Source: Octopus sinensis
Taxonomy: Eukaryota
Reading direction: 5' to 3'
NCBI RefSeq assembly: GCF_006345805.1
Contig: NC_043010.1
Coordinates: 19,220,001-19,284,000 of the forward strand
Length of the DNA stretch: 64,000 bases
Position 1 is the stretch's first letter, and every line of letters starts with the position of its first letter. Made by a program: the position numbers and the translations under genes. Positions 13,638 to 27,629 of the stretch are shown here, in pieces. The notes under the pieces were generated by a model. That model saw nothing but the letters and a program-made list of their open reading frames with translations, was not told the origin of the DNA and ran no database searches.

Positions 13638-14275
13638 TTAGAGAGTGACCACTATGTGGTTCACTCTAGTGCTAAAAATAGCTCCGCCATGGTATAACCA
13701 CTAAAGCTGTTTCCAAGAAGAAATACCACTACATTCAACGTGAGGTAAGTGAAACACAACGAAAGAATAGATTAACCCTGACATTGTTTCTTTATTAATG
13801 TAATATGCAATTTTACTTACACACATCCATAAATCTTTCAGCAAGGTTTGTCTTAAATACAATTTATTAAGTCGCAGCGAGCGTCAAATACACGTGCAGT
13901 TTTAATCGATTGTATTCGTAGTTATGATTCAAATTCCCCCGCCAAAGAGCGATAAGACTACTGGAAACGAGTACTTGCATGCAAATCATTTTACTGCAGT
14001 ATAATTAGATTTATAAATGAGGGTGAAAAATTTGATATTAATTTAATAATACCATCAATTTAACACCAAGTGGCTTAGCACATAAAAACCAAGGGAAAAA
14101 TACAAATTTATACATAAACATTAGAGAGTGACCACTATGTGGTTCACTCTAGTGTTAAAAATAGCTCCGACAATGGTATAGCTACTAAAAGCTGTTTCCA
14201 AGAAGAAATACCACTACATTCAACATAAGGTAAGTGAAACACAACGAAAAAATAGAATAACCCTGAACAATTGTT
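13638..14275. repeat. Two direct copies of a repeat of about 150 bp (13638-13790 and 14121-14275)
   Basis: Both begin ttagagagtgaccactatgtggttcactctag. Confidence 0.85.
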
Positions 14276-14461
14276 TTTTCCTAAAACTTCTCAAACCTGC
14301 TATAATGTAAATAATGTCTTTGGTGTGGTAATTGTGCGCCGGCTGAAGAAGGCTTGACATATTTACCATGTTACAACATCATTATGCATTGATATAACCT
14401 GTTCAATAAGCCAGAAACATTTTACCCGCTTAATCCCTTGCCTATCCTGTTTTTCTTTTTG

Positions 14462-14518
<57 letters not shown>

Positions 14519-15372
14519 GTTAATAAAATAGAACATATGCATATATATAAACATATATGTACGTACCTACCTCTACATGTACATATACACGCATATATGT
14601 GTACAGGACTCCAAAAAGACGTCGAACACATAGAGAGACGAAAAACATAGACACAAACCAAGGAACAAGACAAGCAAAAAAAGAGATACAGGACAATAAG
14701 CACAACGAAAAATCCCCTTCTCAGTCGCTAAGGTTTCATCTACTAAACGTTTCGAAGGATAAAAGCGAGACGTATACTTCGAAGAAACTTCCTTCCTGCG
14801 AAAGCAAATCAATTAAAATTCTGAGATCTTTTCGCGAGGGATAAAAAAGCAAGACGGTAACGACAGTACAAACATATACATAAAAAATATATATATAAAC
14901 AGTGAAAAAATAAATATATAACAGTGAGAGACAGGACAAGGAGAACAAGATAAGAAGGGCTGTTAACGCCAGACGAAAAAGTATTGCAAACGCTGGATTA
15001 TAGTGGACGACGAGAGAGAAAAAAATGTCGACCAGTAGCCTTAGAAGGCGGGCGAGAAAAGACAGGATAGCAGTTACGACGAAGTATCGTCGCAGATGGA
15101 CGACGGGAATGGGGGAGGAGGAGGAAGAGAGAGAAGAGGCGAAGGTGCGAGGAGACCATGAAGATGGTGAAAGGGAGAGAGAGAAGAAGAATGAGAGAGA
15201 GAGGAAGAGACAAGTTAAGTGAGGGAAAAAAGACGAAAAAGGGAATGGGAGAGAAAGAAAGAAAGATGCAGAGTCGCGTGAGAGTTAATATCAAGGCTAA
15301 CTTGATAAACAGAACAATCTTACTTAATAGGTGCGTGCGTTAGAGTCGTATAATATGTTAATAAAATAGAAC

Positions 15373-15495
<123 letters not shown>

Positions 15496-15514
15496 ATATA
15501 TATGTATAATAACC

Positions 15515-15566
<52 letters not shown>

Positions 15567-16267
15567 ATATGTATATATATATATATATATAATATATATA
15601 TATATATTATATATTATAATATCATATATATATACTCTTTGTTGCGTTTGTCCCTCTCTCTCTCTCTCTCTCTTCCGCTGCTTCTCTTTCTTTTCTTTTT
15701 CTCTCTCCTCTGTCACGTGACTGCTGGCCGAAATCTGCCTTTCAGCTTCTGACCAGCGTCGTGTTAACATCGTTTGTTTTTCGTCCGCCGCTATAGGCAT
15801 CGCCGATAAGGCTCCTTTCCTTGCGCCAGAGAAAAAATTTGTTTGCTTGTTATCAGTCGTAAGACACTTGTTTGTTTGTTTCACCGTTAATGCTTCTGTA
15901 TTTCATGTTTCTGTATTCCATTATTTTTTTGTTTTTTTTTTTATATTCGTCCCTTTTGCTGTGTCCTGGTGTCCGTTATGCATTCGACCTTCTTCCAGAA
16001 ATCTACGCTCCCAGCTTAGTTTTTCTAATGCTCGTTGCTTAGTTTTTTCTTGGAGGGCTGGCCGTGATCTAGTAATCTCAAGATTAATCAGCCGAAATTT
16101 ACTACGATGATCCGGTTCTTGACTGAAGACTGAGGTTTTCGAATGTCCTGTCCGTGTTTATTGTATCGTCTTCTAATAGTTATACGTTCTTGTCCATGTT
16201 TGTATTTTTTTTTCTACATCCCTTAATATATATGTATATGTAATATATATATATATATATATATATA

Positions 16268-16322
<55 letters not shown>

Positions 16323-16332
16323 GTATATATTG

Positions 16333-16418
<86 letters not shown>

Positions 16419-16807
16419 ATATATCAGAGAGATTTTGTAATTCGTAATTTAATTTTGTTTCACATGTGCTATGCCGCAGCACATCAGCAAATAGATTTCA
16501 CTCTGTTTGCATATAACTTATTGACCAGTGGCTCACTTCGTTTCAAGATGATCCAAATCTATGGTTTTGATAAGGCACAATAATGGTAAAATATCTCAGT
16601 GATTCCGAGGCGAGTTGTTTCACTTGGTCTGTGACATTCAAGTGTTCTTTAACATTCGTTGTCATTTGGGGGGAGGGGCTTTACACAGATGCTTCCCCGC
16701 TGCGAATTTGGCGTTTAAACAAAAAGCGTACAGTACGTATATGCGACTGATAATGTGCGTGCGCGTGTGTGTGTGTGTGTGTGTATGTATGTGTGTATGT
16801 GTGTGTG

Positions 16808-16861
<54 letters not shown>

Positions 16862-17293
16862 TACGGAGAGAAAATAGAGAAACAGAGAGAAGTACAAGAA
16901 ATTGATTTCCATTCAAAGATTCACTTCTGTATCACCGAAATATATTCTCAAGTAGAATCACACTAATAGACATTCAAGAATTGATGTAGAGAGGTCTGCA
17001 AACATAGCGATGTTTGTTGAAATGCCTTTTCATATGTGCCCCACCGCCACCCTCATTAACGAGTGTGTTTTTTGTATGATAATAAATTTCCCTGCAAATG
17101 GTGGCTCTTCCCTGCAGATTTATCACCATCGAATATAGCAACGCTAAGCGGTTTTTCCCAGCCATGGATCCAGACGTTTTTCCCTTTCTTTTCGGAAATG
17201 CAGATGACGTTATTTTCAATAAAAGGCATCTTTCCTCTACATTCAACAGAAATGGGTGAGGATAGATGATGCATGATCGATAAAACTCATAAG

Positions 17294-17343
<50 letters not shown>

Positions 17344-17545
17344 ACACACACACCATCTTAAAATTAGTTTATTACGGTATTATCCACATTAAATTCCAAT
17401 CCGACACGTGTTTCTTTTGGATAAGTGTCCCAATGTCCTTTCATGCAGCATTCATTGGTTCAGTAGCAGTATGTATTCATCCAGGGTGGACATTTCTAAG
17501 CAGCTTTATTCAAGGTTCGATCTATGCGGGTGGGTGAAGCGAACT

Positions 17546-17628
<83 letters not shown>

Positions 17629-17901
17629 CTATAAGTGGCTGAAGATTGTTCGACATTTTAAAACTGAGGTAATACTTACAGTGTTTAATAAAATGAAGTA
17701 GCATGAAACAATTGTACTACTCTACCTTGGATATACTTGTTGCTTATTTTGATTATAATCACCCCATTTGATTTATATGGATAATACCATACACAATTCT
17801 GGGGCCTCTTTAACTTAAGTACCATATTCATCTGAATCTAAGTTTTGCTGAACTTATAATATATATATATATATTATACACACACACACACACACACACA
17901 C

Positions 17902-17933
<32 letters not shown>

Positions 17934-17953
17934 CGCATACTTATATACATATA

Positions 17954-17997
<44 letters not shown>

Positions 17998-18353
17998 TAT
18001 ATGAGGTGTGTGTGTGTGTGTGTGTGCGTGTGTGTGTGTCTGTACGTATGTGTCTACTAAATCCCTCTCACAAGACATTCGTCAAATCGAAGCTATATTT
18101 CAAGATAGCTGCCCAAGGATCGAACCCGGAATCATGTAATTGTGAAACAAATATTTTAGCAACACACACTCACACACACTGCTATGTTTGAAGGCCTCTC
18201 TCCGTCAGCTCTACAATGTATATTAAAGTTCTATTTCAACATACGTTTTGCTGATATCTAAGTGCATCTTTGAAAGGAAATAAATTTACCTTTTTTTTGT
18301 TCTCTTTTTCTGTGTCTCTGTCTCTTCCTGTATATACATACATACATACATAC

Positions 18354-18399
<46 letters not shown>

Positions 18400-18887
18400 T
18401 TCACTGATTATTATTGAAACTGTAATATTAAAAATACATTATAGTTATTCAGCTAGATGTTATAATTTCAATCTTAATTTTTTATTTGTACTTATCTTTA
18501 CCTCTTCCATCTTTGATATAATTTTTCAAGATAAATATGCCGACCTTTTCTTGTTGCTTATACCAAATAAAAATATTTTCAATCTACGTTTTAGCTGTTC
18601 TTTTGAAATCTTCTTTATGTATTTTAAATATTCTCTTGAAAATTTTTTCCCCCATTTCCGTTAATTCTTTGAGTATGTTCCGATAATAATTGCCAATCAA
18701 CGACATTCTTCTATAATTTTTGTTTTATATTTATTTTAAAGTTGACCGATCGTTTTATTCATCTTCTCCCATTTATTTCGTACTTTGACCTCTCTTATTC
18801 ATGTTTCTTTTTCAAGTCTTGTTTTCACCTGAACTCGGACGAAATATAATAATAATAACAACAACAACAACAACAACAACAACAGTA

Positions 18888-19250
18888 ATAGGTGCAGGCA
18901 TGGATGCTTGGTAAGAGGCTTGCTTCCCAACCACATGGTTCCGGGTTTAGTCCCACTGCGTGGCACCTGGGGCAAGTGTCTTCTACTATAGCCTCGGGCC
19001 GACCAACCCTTGTAAATGGATTTCGTAGAGGGAAACTAAAAGAAGCCCATCGTATATATATATTCTCCACGATTGATCGCTAGCCACTAAAATCTTTTTC
19101 TATTTTCTACCCCTGTTTATTTTTGTGTTCCTTTCTGTTGAAGAGCGTAGGCTCGAAACGTAAAAGACTTAAATTAATACATATGTTTGTTGTTTACACA
19201 CCCGTCTTCGTTGTTTTGTAAATTCTCACAATATACATATATATATTATA

Positions 19251-19286
<36 letters not shown>

Positions 19287-19506
19287 TTATGTATGTATGT
19301 ATGTATGTATGTATGTGATTGTGTCTCTGTATTTGTCCCACTATCATGGCTTGACAACCGGTGTTGGTGTGTTTATGTTCCCGTAAAGAGACCAATAGAA
19401 TAAGTTCTAGGCTTACAAAGAATACGTCTTGGGGTCGATTTGTTCGACTAAAGGTGGTGCTCCAGCTTGGCCGCAGTCAAGTGACTGAAACAAATAAAAG
19501 AATAAA
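18888..19506 (+). mobile_element. SINE family B copy with the hammerhead-bearing repeat (about 19064-19235) nested in its central microsatellite
   Basis: Head at 18888-19063, tail at 19320-19506. Confidence 0.75.
19131..19166 (+). ncRNA. Minimal hammerhead-like motif (CUGUUGA core) in a short dispersed repeat, copy 1
   Basis: CUUU-CUGUUGA-a-GAGC guag GCUC-GAAA-CG-UA-AAAG; loopless ACGU helix III. Confidence 0.55.
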
Positions 19507-19515
19507 TGATTTCAA

Positions 19516-19902
19516 ACTTTGGCACACTGCCAGCAATTTCGGTGGAAGGAATAAGTCGAATGTATCTACCCCAGTACTCAACTGGTACTTGTTTTATTGA
19601 CCCCGAAAGAATGAAAGGCAAAGTCGACCTCGGCGGAATTTGAACTCAGAACGTAACCGCAGACGAAATACCTATTTCTTTACTACCCACAAGGGGCTAA
19701 ACATAGAGGGAACAAACAAGGACAGACATAGGCATTAAGTCGATTACATCGACCCCAGTGCGTAACTGGTACTTAATTTATCGACCCCGAAAGGATGAAA
19801 GGCAAAGTCGACCTCGGCGGAATTTGAACTCAGAACGTAGCGGCAGACGAAATACGGCTATGCATTTCGCCCGGCGTGCTAACGTTTCTGCCAGCTCGCG
19901 CC

Positions 19903-19938
<36 letters not shown>

Positions 19939-20314
19939 TAATAATAATATGATAATATGGTTGTGATGCATGTGCCTGGTGTACCTTTATCAGACGGGTA
20001 GTCATGATGGGTATATTGGGCTTCGTATATTTTACCCCAGTGTCACTTTGATGGCATGCACTGCTCTCTCACTCAATAATAATAATAATAATAATAAAAT
20101 ATCCTTTCTACTTTAGGTGCAAGGCCTGAAATTTTGTGGGAGGTGGGGCAGTCGATTAGATCGACTCTAGTACGCAACTGGTACTTAATTTATCGACCCA
20201 GAAAGGATGAAATGTAAATCGACCTCGGTGGAATTTGAACTCAGAACGTGGCGGCAGGCGAAATACAACTAAGCATTTCGCCTGCCGTGCAAACGATTCT
20301 GTCAGCTCGCCGCT
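19516..20314 (-). mobile_element. Three SINE family A copies (about 19516-19672, 19673-19894, 20103-20314) with (AAT)n tracts and a fragment of another repeat between them
   Basis: Repeated gtcgacctcggcggaatttgaactcagaacg (a variant form in the third copy). Confidence 0.8.
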
Positions 20315-20370
<56 letters not shown>

Positions 20371-20371
<1 letters not shown>

Positions 20372-20595
20372 TTAAGATAGTGCCAATCATTGTTGGGCTC
20401 TTGGGAACTGTATCAGAAGGTGTCAAGAGGAATATAAAGGAAATTAGAATAGAGTGTCCAGTAGAACTGTTACAAAAGGTTTGCCTCCTTGGCACGGCCA
20501 GAATAATCAGGAAAGTATAAGATAGTTGGAAAGAATGGATAGCATGGTACCATAGGCTGCTGGTAGCAAGCCCGCTACGCATGTGATAAAGAAAA
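20371..20595 (+). mobile_element. 3' end of an R4/Dong-like (REL endonuclease) non-LTR element inside an (AAT)n/(GAT)n tract
   Basis: VKIVPIIVGLLGTVSEGVKRNIKEIRIECPVELLQKVCLLGTARIIRKV* followed by a short 3' UTR ending in trinucleotide repeats. Confidence 0.75.
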
Positions 20596-20659
20596 ATAAT
20601 AATGATGATGATGATGATGATGACTGCGATGATATCTCGTTCAAAGTAAAGAAATTTTT

Positions 20660-21450
20660 CTAATATTAGCAAGAGAAGAGGGAACATGGAAGGCAGTGAA
20701 AAAAAGAGAAAACAAAACAAGGACAAGAAGAAGCACTACTGAAGAGGTCATACAGACAATGCAATGCGGCCACAACTGAAATTGATAGAGGAAACAGGTG
20801 GGACTGGTTAAAGAAAGAAGCACTTAAGAAGGAGACAACGAGGATTATACTTACGGCGCAAGACGAAGCTTTGGCCACAAATTGGAGGATCAGTTTTAGA
20901 AATGAGCAAGTTCTTTCGTTGTGACGAATAACTAATGAATTTGATAAAACTATTGCCCCCACTGTAAATGAATGTCATAGACTTGCCCAAAACCAATAGA
21001 AGTTGTGACGTCATGATGAGGTAGCAAATTTGAAAACATTGAAAACTGTGTGAAACACGGAAGTTAGAGAAAGGTAAGACATGTTACGGTCACAAACCAC
21101 AGAATGTGTAACTGAGTTGGAATCTTGCAAAACCCTGTGGGATTTCCCAATTTAAATGGACTTGGGCACAACAAGCTGGATCTAGTGATAATGAACCAGG
21201 TAAATGTGTAATTGATGTTGCATTCCCATTTGGTTGAGAAGGAAGGAGAGAAAGGTGACGGGAACAATCCTCTTAAGTATGAGACAGTCTGACTGTGGAA
21301 GGTGAAAAAAGTGGAGATAGTGCCAATTATTGTTAAGGCCCTGGGGACAAAATCTGAAAGTATTGAGAAGAACATGAAGTAAATAGGAATGAAGTGTCTA
21401 GTAAAGCTGTTACAAAAATTGTAACTCCTTGGTTAAGCACTAGATAGTTG
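20660..21450 (+). mobile_element. Degraded R4/Dong-like element, C-terminal zinc-knuckle region and REL domain
   Basis: WDWLKKEALKKETTRIILTAQDEALATN, RHDEVA, CKTLWDFPI, HNKLDLVI, IDVAFPF and KKVEIVPIIVKALG, across frameshifts. Confidence 0.75.
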
Positions 21451-21545
21451 AAGTAAAGGAAAGTACTCCAGGAAGGTGCTAGATAGTTGAAGAGGACAAA
21501 AAGCGTAACACCGTAGCCTACGATATCACGCTATTTGAAACCCTA

Positions 21546-21783
21546 AAGGCGGCGAGCTGGCAGAAACGTTAACAGGCCGAGCGAAATGCTTAGAGGTATT
21601 TCGTCTGCCGCTACGTTCTGAGTTCAAATTCCGCCGAGGTCGACTTTGCCTTTCATCCTTTCGGGGTCGATTAAATAAGTACCAGTTACGCACTGGGGTG
21701 GATATAATCGACTTAATCCGTTTGTCTGTCCTTGTTTGTCCCCTCTGTGTTTAGCCCCTTGTGGATAGTAAAGAAATAGGTAT
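21546..21783 (+). mobile_element. SINE family A full-length copy
   Basis: Head, core and tail ttagccccttgtggatagtaaagaaatagg. Confidence 0.85.
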
Positions 21784-21799
21784 TTGAAACCCTGCTTGC

Positions 21800-24650
21800 A
21801 TTTGTGCAGCTACAAACGATCGGCATCCTCTTAGCAGTGGGGTATATTGTTAGACGTTTATTCATAAAATATTTTTGTATCTCTTCAGTTAATTTCGTTT
21901 ATTTTCCAATCGCTTATTTTGAAACTATAGGTTGTAATTAGGATTGCTAGATTAATCGTGGCAGTCATTTTATTTTTTTTACATTTAGCTCGATCTTTAA
22001 GATGTGTTTTTACTCCCTTGATGTATCCGTTCTTATTTTTATTTTTCATGGTCGCTCTTCATATTCTTTCTGTGTTCTTCATTAACCGTTTTGTAATTGT
22101 AGATTCCGTTTCAGGCAATTATTTTTTAAAGTCACAGTTAATTTCAAGCACCAATGATTCCATTCAGGCTAACTTTTCTCTTTTAAATATAGATTTTATA
22201 TGATTATTCGTCCCAAATTCCATGCTAATTCTATCCGCCAAACTCAAGTTTCGAATCCTCCGAATGGAATGAAGGGTGGATTTCCTTGTTTCTGATCTTA
22301 TAACCATAACCTCTTGGATTAATTCTGATGAGGAGAAAATTAAGGCAAAACGGAACGGACATAAAAAAAGAGAGCTTTTTGTAGAAAATGCCGCAATTGA
22401 TGTGTATATTAGCAGATGTCATTGAAACAAGTGATATTGGATGGGACTAGGGTTCCACGAGATTGTGCTATGCATTAACAAATTTATTTCTTGCAGAGTG
22501 ATATTTTGTAGGTTTCTAGATCGTTTCCTACCCAAGACCATGGGGCACTGTTAAACCCTTACAAAATCAATTCAGGCACAACTTCAGCCTTTTTTGTTTT
22601 GAGCGGCAGTTTCCCAGTGCCATACAGAATAGCAATAGTTCGTCTTTTACTTCGTATAGGCCACGCTGATAGTTGTGAAATCCGTGAAGGCGCATGGCTT
22701 AGTGGTTTGGTTAATCGACTCACGATCATAAAGTCGTGAGTTCGATTCCTGGCGGCGCGTTGTACTCTTGAACAAGACACTTTATTTTCCGTTGTTCCAG
22801 TCCACGCAGCTGGCAAAAATGAGAAGTACTTGTATTTCAAATGTCCAGTCTTGTCACATTCTGTGTCAAGCTGAATCTCCCTGAGAACTACGTGTCTATA
22901 GAGTACTCAGCAATAAGGACGTTAATTTAACAAATAGGCTGTTCCGTTGATCGGATCAAGGGGAACACTTGCCTTCGCATCCGACGGATTACCAGTTAAG
23001 CCACAGCGATAAACTTTTAGCGCAATCGCCTAGAGGTTGTTGTCTTCGATACAGAAGTCTACTCGTTCAGTCGATATAGATGTCGAGGGTTTTATAGTCG
23101 TTTGACAGATAGGGAAATGCACTGTAATACTTGGGTTGTTCTGCCCATTTTGAGCTTTGGTCGTAGGTGAGTTGTTCGCTTGAATCTTACTGGTGTTTAG
23201 TAGCCTCCAACAAACTTTTGTTTTGGAGTACTGCGAACGTTTTGTGGGGAGATGACAGCATGGATAACCATAAAGTTTTCTCTTTGTACCAAAGGCTTTC
23301 TAATTGTAGGTTTTCAAAGAGTTCTTCTGTTCTTTAAGCGTTATGCCTTACCAATCTTGTTCTAGTGATGCTTATCTATTCAGCATTTTCATTGCGGTCT
23401 TTCTTAACCATTTTAGTTTTTACTTCAGAATAGCTCAACCGACTCCTTTATTGCTTTCTTTTCAGTTATGATTGGCTCTTTTCCGCCAAATATTTTGGTA
23501 TTCGTCTCGAATAATCTTGTCTGTAATCTATGTTTCTGTTATCGTACCCTTTTACCGTTGCTTTTGACTTGTATTATCGGGTTTGAGTTGTTCTTTGAAA
23601 AGTGCTCTGTCTTCTTTATTTTTCTTTGGTTTCCTTTCCTTTCTCGTTTCCAAGTCTTTGTTCTTGCCAAGTTCCTCCACCATTGATATTTCTGTTCTCA
23701 TTCCTTCTATTTCTTTTTCTGATTTTCTTTTCAATTTACGTTTCCTGTGCCACACAATTTGCTTCTCTTTTTTATTGATCACACATTTTGATCGAATTAC
23801 TTTCGCTGAGGTATAAATCATTTGATTGAGGTCAGGCAAATTAGACTTAATTGAGTCGAGATCTTTGATTGCAACGTTTGCCATTTTTTATGTTTATTTT
23901 CGTTTCTTATTTTCATCACCGGTTTTATCTCTGCCATGTTCATCTTACTCACTTTCACAATTTCATTTACAATTTCTTTCTCTATACTTTTAATGTCTCC
24001 ACCATTCTCTTCCAGATACTGGTCATTCTCTTCTCATTGGCTTTCGCTTCACCTAATTCTTCATTTTGTTTTTGATTTCTGGAATTACTTCGCGTTTTGT
24101 TCTACACTAGTTTCTGAAACAAAAGGGCCAATAACTTGAGTTTCTCCCCTTCCAGCTGCTGCTTTAGATACCGTAATCGTGCATGGTTCACTCTGACATA
24201 CGTTGCTTCGTTTCATCTAGTTTTGCTATTCTACATGCTCCCATCCATTACCAGAGCATTGCTGACCTGTGGAGTTATGTCGAAAACGTACTGTCACGCG
24301 TAGGGCGGATCTGCTATCAGCCGAGTCCTTTGTCAAGATTGTTCGGCCGGCTATCTTTGACAGAGAAGGACAGACATTGTTTATCTGTCTGGCAGCTTTG
24401 GCGAAAGAGGCTGCAAGATGGACCAGGTTGAAAGGTCTGAAGATAAGCACTTTCATCTTTGGTCAAATCCATCAACTTTTGAAATTTCAGCTGAAAACGA
24501 AATGAGGGTAGAGAGAGAAGTGCTGCCTCTCACCAAATTTGAAAGGCGGATGAAAGTGGCGAGCATGGTCCGAATGAAAGGCTCTGCTCTGAACGTACGC
24601 CTGTAAATTGGAGGAGGATAACTGCAAGAAGGCACATGCTTTAGCAGTCG
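21800..24650 (-). mobile_element. Heavily degraded R4/Dong-like element (N-terminal region plus RT), interrupted by a SINE at about 22683-22965
   Basis: Minus strand: DLNQMIYTSAKVI...RTEISMVEEL; IHINCGIF...GYGYKIRNKEIHPSFHSEDSKL (degenerate FYMDDLKL); RISMEFG. The 5' limit is uncertain. Confidence 0.65.
22683..22965 (+). mobile_element. SINE family C-related copy inserted in the R4-like element
   Basis: tggcttagtgg A-box, gagttcgattcc B-box, cttgaacaagacactttattt. Confidence 0.75.
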
Positions 24651-24854
24651 GGGTAATCATGGTTTTGTTGGGTTTTTAAGAGTAGACTTCGGAGCTTTTC
24701 CCCCCAGTTCTTACTGTTTTATATTAAATAGGATATTTTGTTTCTTCGCTTTTATTATTTACATTTTTAGACGCTCTTTCATCTAATACCGCACTTCATT
24801 GTCCTTTACCCCTCTCAATGTTGGTGTGTACCCTTATTAGTTAATAAAAGAAAA

Positions 24855-25432
24855 CACAATTATTATTATAACTATTGAGTGAGAAAGCAGTACATGCTAT
24901 CGAAGTGACAGTGAGGTAAAACATACGAAGCCCAGTATACCCATCATGACAACCCGTCTGGTAAGGGAACACCAAGCACATCCATCACAACCATATGTGC
25001 GCGACATGGTGGTCTCTTATCAAGATAAACAGCGCATGTCCTTGCAGGTGGGGCCCAGTTAGAATTTTCTTCAGGTCAAATAGCCTATCCCACTCAAAAG
25101 GTCCCTGAATAAGGTTTGTTTAAGGATGTTGAACGAAACACTCATATTTCCAGAGGCGAATTATCCAAAATCCAAAGAATTCCTCTCAACACCTAGCTAT
25201 GATGCTTCCTCACTACATATGCTCGTGATCAGAGATGCACATATCGTCAGCCACCAAGGATCATACTCAACTGGTTAAAGTCAAGCAGCTGACAAGCAGA
25301 TCTGTGGTACTGAGCAAAATATTTGCTGTAACCCATCTTTTACACAAAAACAAAATAATGTACATGATAACACTTTCAATCAGTTAAGGTCGGAAGGCAT
25401 GAAAGCCACTGCCTGGCATTGCATCAGGGCAT
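24855..25432 (-). repeat. Dispersed non-coding repeat of about 580 bp between (ATT)n tracts
   Basis: Its 3' end matches the fragment at about 19945-20075 (+): catgatgggtatattgggcttcgtatattttaccccagtgtcactttgatggcatgcactgctctctcactc. Confidence 0.6.
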
Positions 25433-25454
25433 TTATTATTATTACTATTATTAT

Positions 25455-25715
25455 CATTGCCTTTGCACAGCTTCTAACGCTGGAGATGTACTACGGTGTC
25501 AGCTGTTCACTACCAGTGAACTGAGGTAAGACCTCTTATTTCTCGAGCACCTTCCGGAATATTTGAGCGTTTCCAAGCAGTGCTGTTTTCTGCAAGTGCA
25601 CCACCCTTATTGCAGCCCCTATTTGTTCCACGTACTTCTCGAGATTTTTGCTCACTGTTCCCAGGGCTCCGGCAGTTATTAGTGCTACCGCTACCTTTTT
25701 CGTCGACTACAACTG
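25455..25715 (-). mobile_element. 3' end of an R4/Dong-like element between (ATT)n tracts
   Basis: VALITAGALGTVSKNLEKYVEQIGAAIRVVHLQKTALLGNAQIFRKVLEK* plus 3' UTR. Confidence 0.72.
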
Positions 25716-25719
25716 CTTA

Positions 25720-25790
<71 letters not shown>

Positions 25791-27054
25791 ATTATTATTA
25801 TTATTATTATTATTAGTAGTAGTAGTAGTAGTAGTAGTAGTGTGGTGGTGGTGGTGGTGGTGGTCGTCGTCGTCGTCGTCGTGATGGCGGCAGTGGTGTT
25901 GTAGTGTAGATATATAATTATTGTTTCATAAATAATAAAGAAGAGAGAGAGAGAGAGAGAGAGAGAAAGGGAGGGGAGAGAGTAAGATGAGCAAGTTATT
26001 AATAGCTTTAATAATTGACTTATAATTAATGTGATGTGGAGATAGGGATTCGTGGGGGGTGGGGGGGGGCTGTTTCAGCAAAGACGGGAACGGTTGAGGA
26101 GAAGAAGCAAAATGATCTTACTTGAATATTGACTGAATATATCCAGCTCGATTTACCTGTCAAGCAATAACATCACACACACACACACCTATATGTGTGT
26201 GTGTGTAGGTGTAGGGATATATACAAAATATCATACACACCGAAACATATACAATTATACATACACATACACACATACGCACACATATATATAAACATGC
26301 ATGCATATATATATATATATATACACACACACACGCCTATATATACGTGTGTGTGTGTGTGTGTAGGTGTATGGATATATGCAAAATATCATACACACAT
26401 ATATACACAAACGCACACACACACACATATCTATATATATAAACATACACACGCGCGCGAGCGTCATACACTTAATGAAATAACAAGCATTGCATCACGA
26501 TGAATGGATTTAAATTCATTATTGAAGCAATGTTTAAATTTTATATTTTCTTTTCTCTTTTCCATCACCTCGTCCTTCCCATCATCATCATCATCATCCA
26601 CAACAACAACAACAACAACATCAACAATTTCTAGTCCCTGCCTATTTTTTGCTTTTATTCCTAAACCTTCCGCTTCTGTGGACACTGCGCGTTCGCACCA
26701 CTGTCCTACCCCCACCCCTGTCCCAACTCCACCATGGAACCTCCCCATCACCATCGCCTCCATCACCACCATTCCATCTCACCAGCCCGACCGTGATTAG
26801 CTCCGGGCATCAGAAGAAGAAGCAGAGAACCATCCTTGGAGATTACAAGTATCTACTCCAATAAATTTTCTAAAAGTTGAAATTGATGAAACAGGGGCGG
26901 GGGGAGGAGAATGGAAGGAGGCTGTAATGAGGGGGTGTTAAGGGATCACATGTATGTATGTGTGTAGATATATATACATATATTTATATATACATATATA
27001 TATGCACACATATATACACACATATACACAAATACACGATACACAGACACAAAC

Positions 27055-27126
<72 letters not shown>

Positions 27127-27629
27127 CATACATACATACATGCATACATACATGCATACATATACATACATACATTATATATATATATATGCATATATAC
27201 ACGTAAGTAGACAGATATACAAGCAAAGGAATGTATGCAAATTTCATGCACATACACTCACACGTATATGTACAAATATACAAATTCATACATATATATA
27301 TATAAGCATATGTGTATATGTATGTATACATATATACATACATACACACATACACAACATACATACATACCCTCATACATACATACATACATACATACAT
27401 ACATACATACATACATACATACATACATACATACATACATACATGCACACATACATACACACGTTCACACATACAAACGTACATAGAAGCTGTTGGAGTG
27501 AAAGTTCAAATCATTTGAGCTCTACTAAGTGTTTTCTTTATTGAGAATCTCATTTATTGTCTCTCTCTCTCCCTCTCTTTCTTTCTCTCTCTCCCTCTCT
27601 CTCTTTCTTTCTTTCTTTCTTCCCCCCTC

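Noticed and set aside
16120-16150. Hammerhead-like fragments here and at about 8410-8440, 9150-9185, 17635-17670 and 44240-44272
   Set aside because: Each lacks at least two required elements (core, helix II, GAAA or helix I). They may be decayed copies but cannot be supported.
17056-17274. GDKSAGKS P-loop-like motif in a 72-aa minus-strand ORF
   Set aside because: No other NTPase motifs and no convincing donor site; expected by chance in six frames.
22324-22350. ctgatgag...aaaac
   Set aside because: No helix II, and it lies inside degraded RT coding sequence.
22690-22750. tRNA gene
   Set aside because: A and B boxes are present, but there is no cloverleaf and the sequence continues into a SINE body. 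The same holds for all tRNA-like heads in the window.
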